From: a virus
Taxonomy: Duplodnaviria > Caudoviricetes
DNA length: 29,105 nucleotides
Strand: one strand, 5' to 3'
IMG/VR virus record: IMGVR_UViG_3300017774_008386
Span: 1-29,105 of that record
In this document: positions 27,361-29,105 of the stretch, piece after piece
Layout of the letters: the number at the start of each line of letters is the position of its first letter
Numbering within the stretch: position 1 is the first letter of the stretch
Position numbers and translations under genes: made by a program
Notes under the pieces: generated by a model
What the model was told of the DNA's origin: nothing
Seen by the model: only the letters and a program-made list of their open reading frames with translations
Database searches by the model: none

Positions 27361-29105
27361 GTGGCAAAGGGAGAATTAAAGATCAAGCTAGTAAACGCAA
27401 TTGCACCTGCAGCTGCAGTAATTAACAATGCTTCAAATTTAATTCAAGGAGTAAAAGAGCAAGCACTGCTGGTAATAGATAAAGAGCAGTTAGCAAAGCA
27501 ACCCCCCATGCTTACACCACCTACACCAACTACACAAGCAACTGGTGTACTGCAGAGTGTAGTAAGTCCATTTGGTAACTATCCAAACAACGTTAATAGC
27601 TGTCCAAATGACGCAGTAGTCTTAACTGTATCTAATAATATAGATGTTGCATTAGACTTAGATTTTAGGATAAGTACGTATATAAAAGCTAATAACGATC
27701 TTACATTAAACGTTGAACAAGATGTATTAAATTTAGGATACATTTCTGGAAAATATAAAGTACGTTACGATTTTTATAGAAACGTATTAGGTTCTGGAGA
27801 CGGTCATAAGATTGAAATACAAGAGATAAGTTCAGATGGATTAGAGGCAAGAGTTGTAGCTGCAACCCATCCAACACTTGACGGCTTTAACTTCAAGAAT
27901 TTTTTTAGTAGTGGGCTTTTTGACACTCCAAAATCACAAATACTTCCAAACTTATCACTCTATAAACAGGATGGTGTAGGTGTAGTATCTTTTAGAGTAT
28001 TTGATTATATTCAAGATAAGCTCACAGTAGGAATAGCTCCTTACTCTATCATCTTAAAGTTTAATTCTCCACTTCCTACTAGTATTGGAATTGGTGATTC
28101 CGTATGGTTAGCACAACAGCTCGGGACTCCTGCAAAGACTGACATAACAATAATTCCACCTAAACCAAAACAGAAACTCCAAGAAATTTTAGGACCAAAT
28201 TGGGATTATATCAATAAAACACAAACAACTGTTACAACTACCTATAAGGATTGGGATGATATATTATCAACAAATGCACCAACAGCTGAAAGTATTATTA
28301 ATAATCTGCTCAGTGGATCGCTTGTAGAAGGTATTGAACTTAATACTGATTATAGAAGTTTTAGTAATTATGTAACACTTGGATCAGCAACTGAGAGATT
28401 AGAGAACTTTAAGTATAAGCTATCTCTTTTGCAGAGGTATGATGGCAACATTGCAGATCTAACTACAAACCTTCCAGCCATAAGTGGTAGCATTTCAGGA
28501 AGTCTAGTTTATCAAACTAATATTGTTAATGCAAAAACAAAACGAGCAGCTTTAATTGGGTCTTTTGATGGGTATGAGAAATACCTTTATGTAGGATCTA
28601 GTAGTTACGAGTCGAGTAGTTATGGTGAATTTTATCCAACAACTTGGCCAAAAAGTGGCACTATATCTGGATCATATATAAACTACGCTACAACAGCATC
28701 ACAAGCTGTTGAGTGGTTTAGTGGAATTTATGAGTCGGCAAGTTTATATGATAGCAATAACGATCAATCACTAATAAAACTAGTTCCAGCCCATGTAAGA
28801 CAAGACGATAGTAACGATCAGTACTTACTACTAGTCAATATGATGGGGCATTATTTTGATATAATGCTACAGTATATAAAACAAATGACAAGTCTTTCTG
28901 ACAGAAATCAATCAATATACGAAGGATTTAGTAAAGAGCTAATATACAATGCAGCAAAGAGTCTAGGAGTTGATTTTGAAAATGGTAGCGCATTAGATGA
29001 TCTTTGGGCATATTCATTAGGAACAAATGCTACTGGTTCTTTACAATCAACATACGGAGTTAGTAGCGAGTCTAGGGTAAAAGAAACATGGAAACGAATA
29101 ATTAA
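27361..29105 (+). CDS. 3'-partial large structural protein, possibly a baseplate wedge (gp7/gpI-like); absent from the ORF track
   Basis: Frame open from GTG 27361 (MAKGELKIKLVNA...) to the window end; contains GSATERLENFKYKL, FDGYEKYLY and LVPAHVRQDDSNDQYLLLVNMMGHYFD. Confidence 0.7.
   Translation, partial: MAKGELKIKLVNAIAPAAAVINNASNLIQGVKEQALLVIDKEQLAKQPPMLTPPTPTTQATGVLQSVVSPFGNYPNNVNSCPNDAVVLTVSNNIDVALDLDFRISTYIKANNDLTLNVEQDVLNLGYISGKYKVRYDFYRNVLGSGDGHKIEIQEISSDGLEARVVAATHPTLDGFNFKNFFSSGLFDTPKSQILPNLSLYKQDGVGVVSFRVFDYIQDKLTVGIAPYSIILKFNSPLPTSIGIGDSVWLAQQLGTPAKTDITIIPPKPKQKLQEILGPNWDYINKTQTTVTTTYKDWDDILSTNAPTAESIINNLLSGSLVEGIELNTDYRSFSNYVTLGSATERLENFKYKLSLLQRYDGNIADLTTNLPAISGSISGSLVYQTNIVNAKTKRAALIGSFDGYEKYLYVGSSSYESSSYGEFYPTTWPKSGTISGSYINYATTASQAVEWFSGIYESASLYDSNNDQSLIKLVPAHVRQDDSNDQYLLLVNMMGHYFDIMLQYIKQMTSLSDRNQSIYEGFSKELIYNAAKSLGVDFENGSALDDLWAYSLGTNATGSLQSTYGVSSESRVKETWKRII

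Larger units (their letters stand above)
1..29105 (+). mobile_element. Segment of a large myovirus-like phage genome (accessory block followed by baseplate module)
   Basis: gp25-like, gp6-like and gp5-like baseplate genes, a gp55-like sigma factor and peptidoglycan hydrolases; dense co-directional genes; no cellular housekeeping operons. Confidence 0.92.

Noticed and set aside
1-29105. Stop-codon reassignment (code 15 or code 4)
   Set aside because: ORFs up to 1774 aa are uninterrupted in the standard code; TAG at 2108 and TGA at 14633 abut the next start
1-29105. tRNA, rRNA, CRISPR arrays and strong intrinsic terminators
   Set aside because: The longest intergenic gap is 110 bp; no cloverleaf, repeat-spacer array or GC stem with U-tract was seen

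Overview
The whole window looks like part of a large, AT-rich myovirus-type (contractile-tailed) phage genome. Every credible gene is on the + strand, packed end to end, often with TAATG overlaps and with no obvious Shine-Dalgarno sites, which hints at a Bacteroidota-like host. Bases 1-5.8 kb hold accessory and regulatory genes: a partial YkuD-like protein, a membrane/coiled-coil protein, a purine phosphoribosyltransferase, a SET-domain protein, a Zn-ribbon protein, an HD-domain protein and a gp55-like sigma factor. From 5.8 kb to the end lies a baseplate module. It contains a gp5-like spike apparently split into two genes around a stand-alone GH108 lysozyme, an M15B peptidase, a 1118-aa coiled-coil protein, gp25-like and gp6-like wedge proteins and a DNRLRE-like protein. 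Two giant paralogues carry an Ig domain and a jelly-roll domain, one of them with a ~930-aa insertion, and a wedge-like gene runs off the right edge. A recurring intergenic motif, CTATTTAT(A/T)ATAAAA, is a likely late promoter. All family assignments come from recognising motifs by eye; no searches were run.
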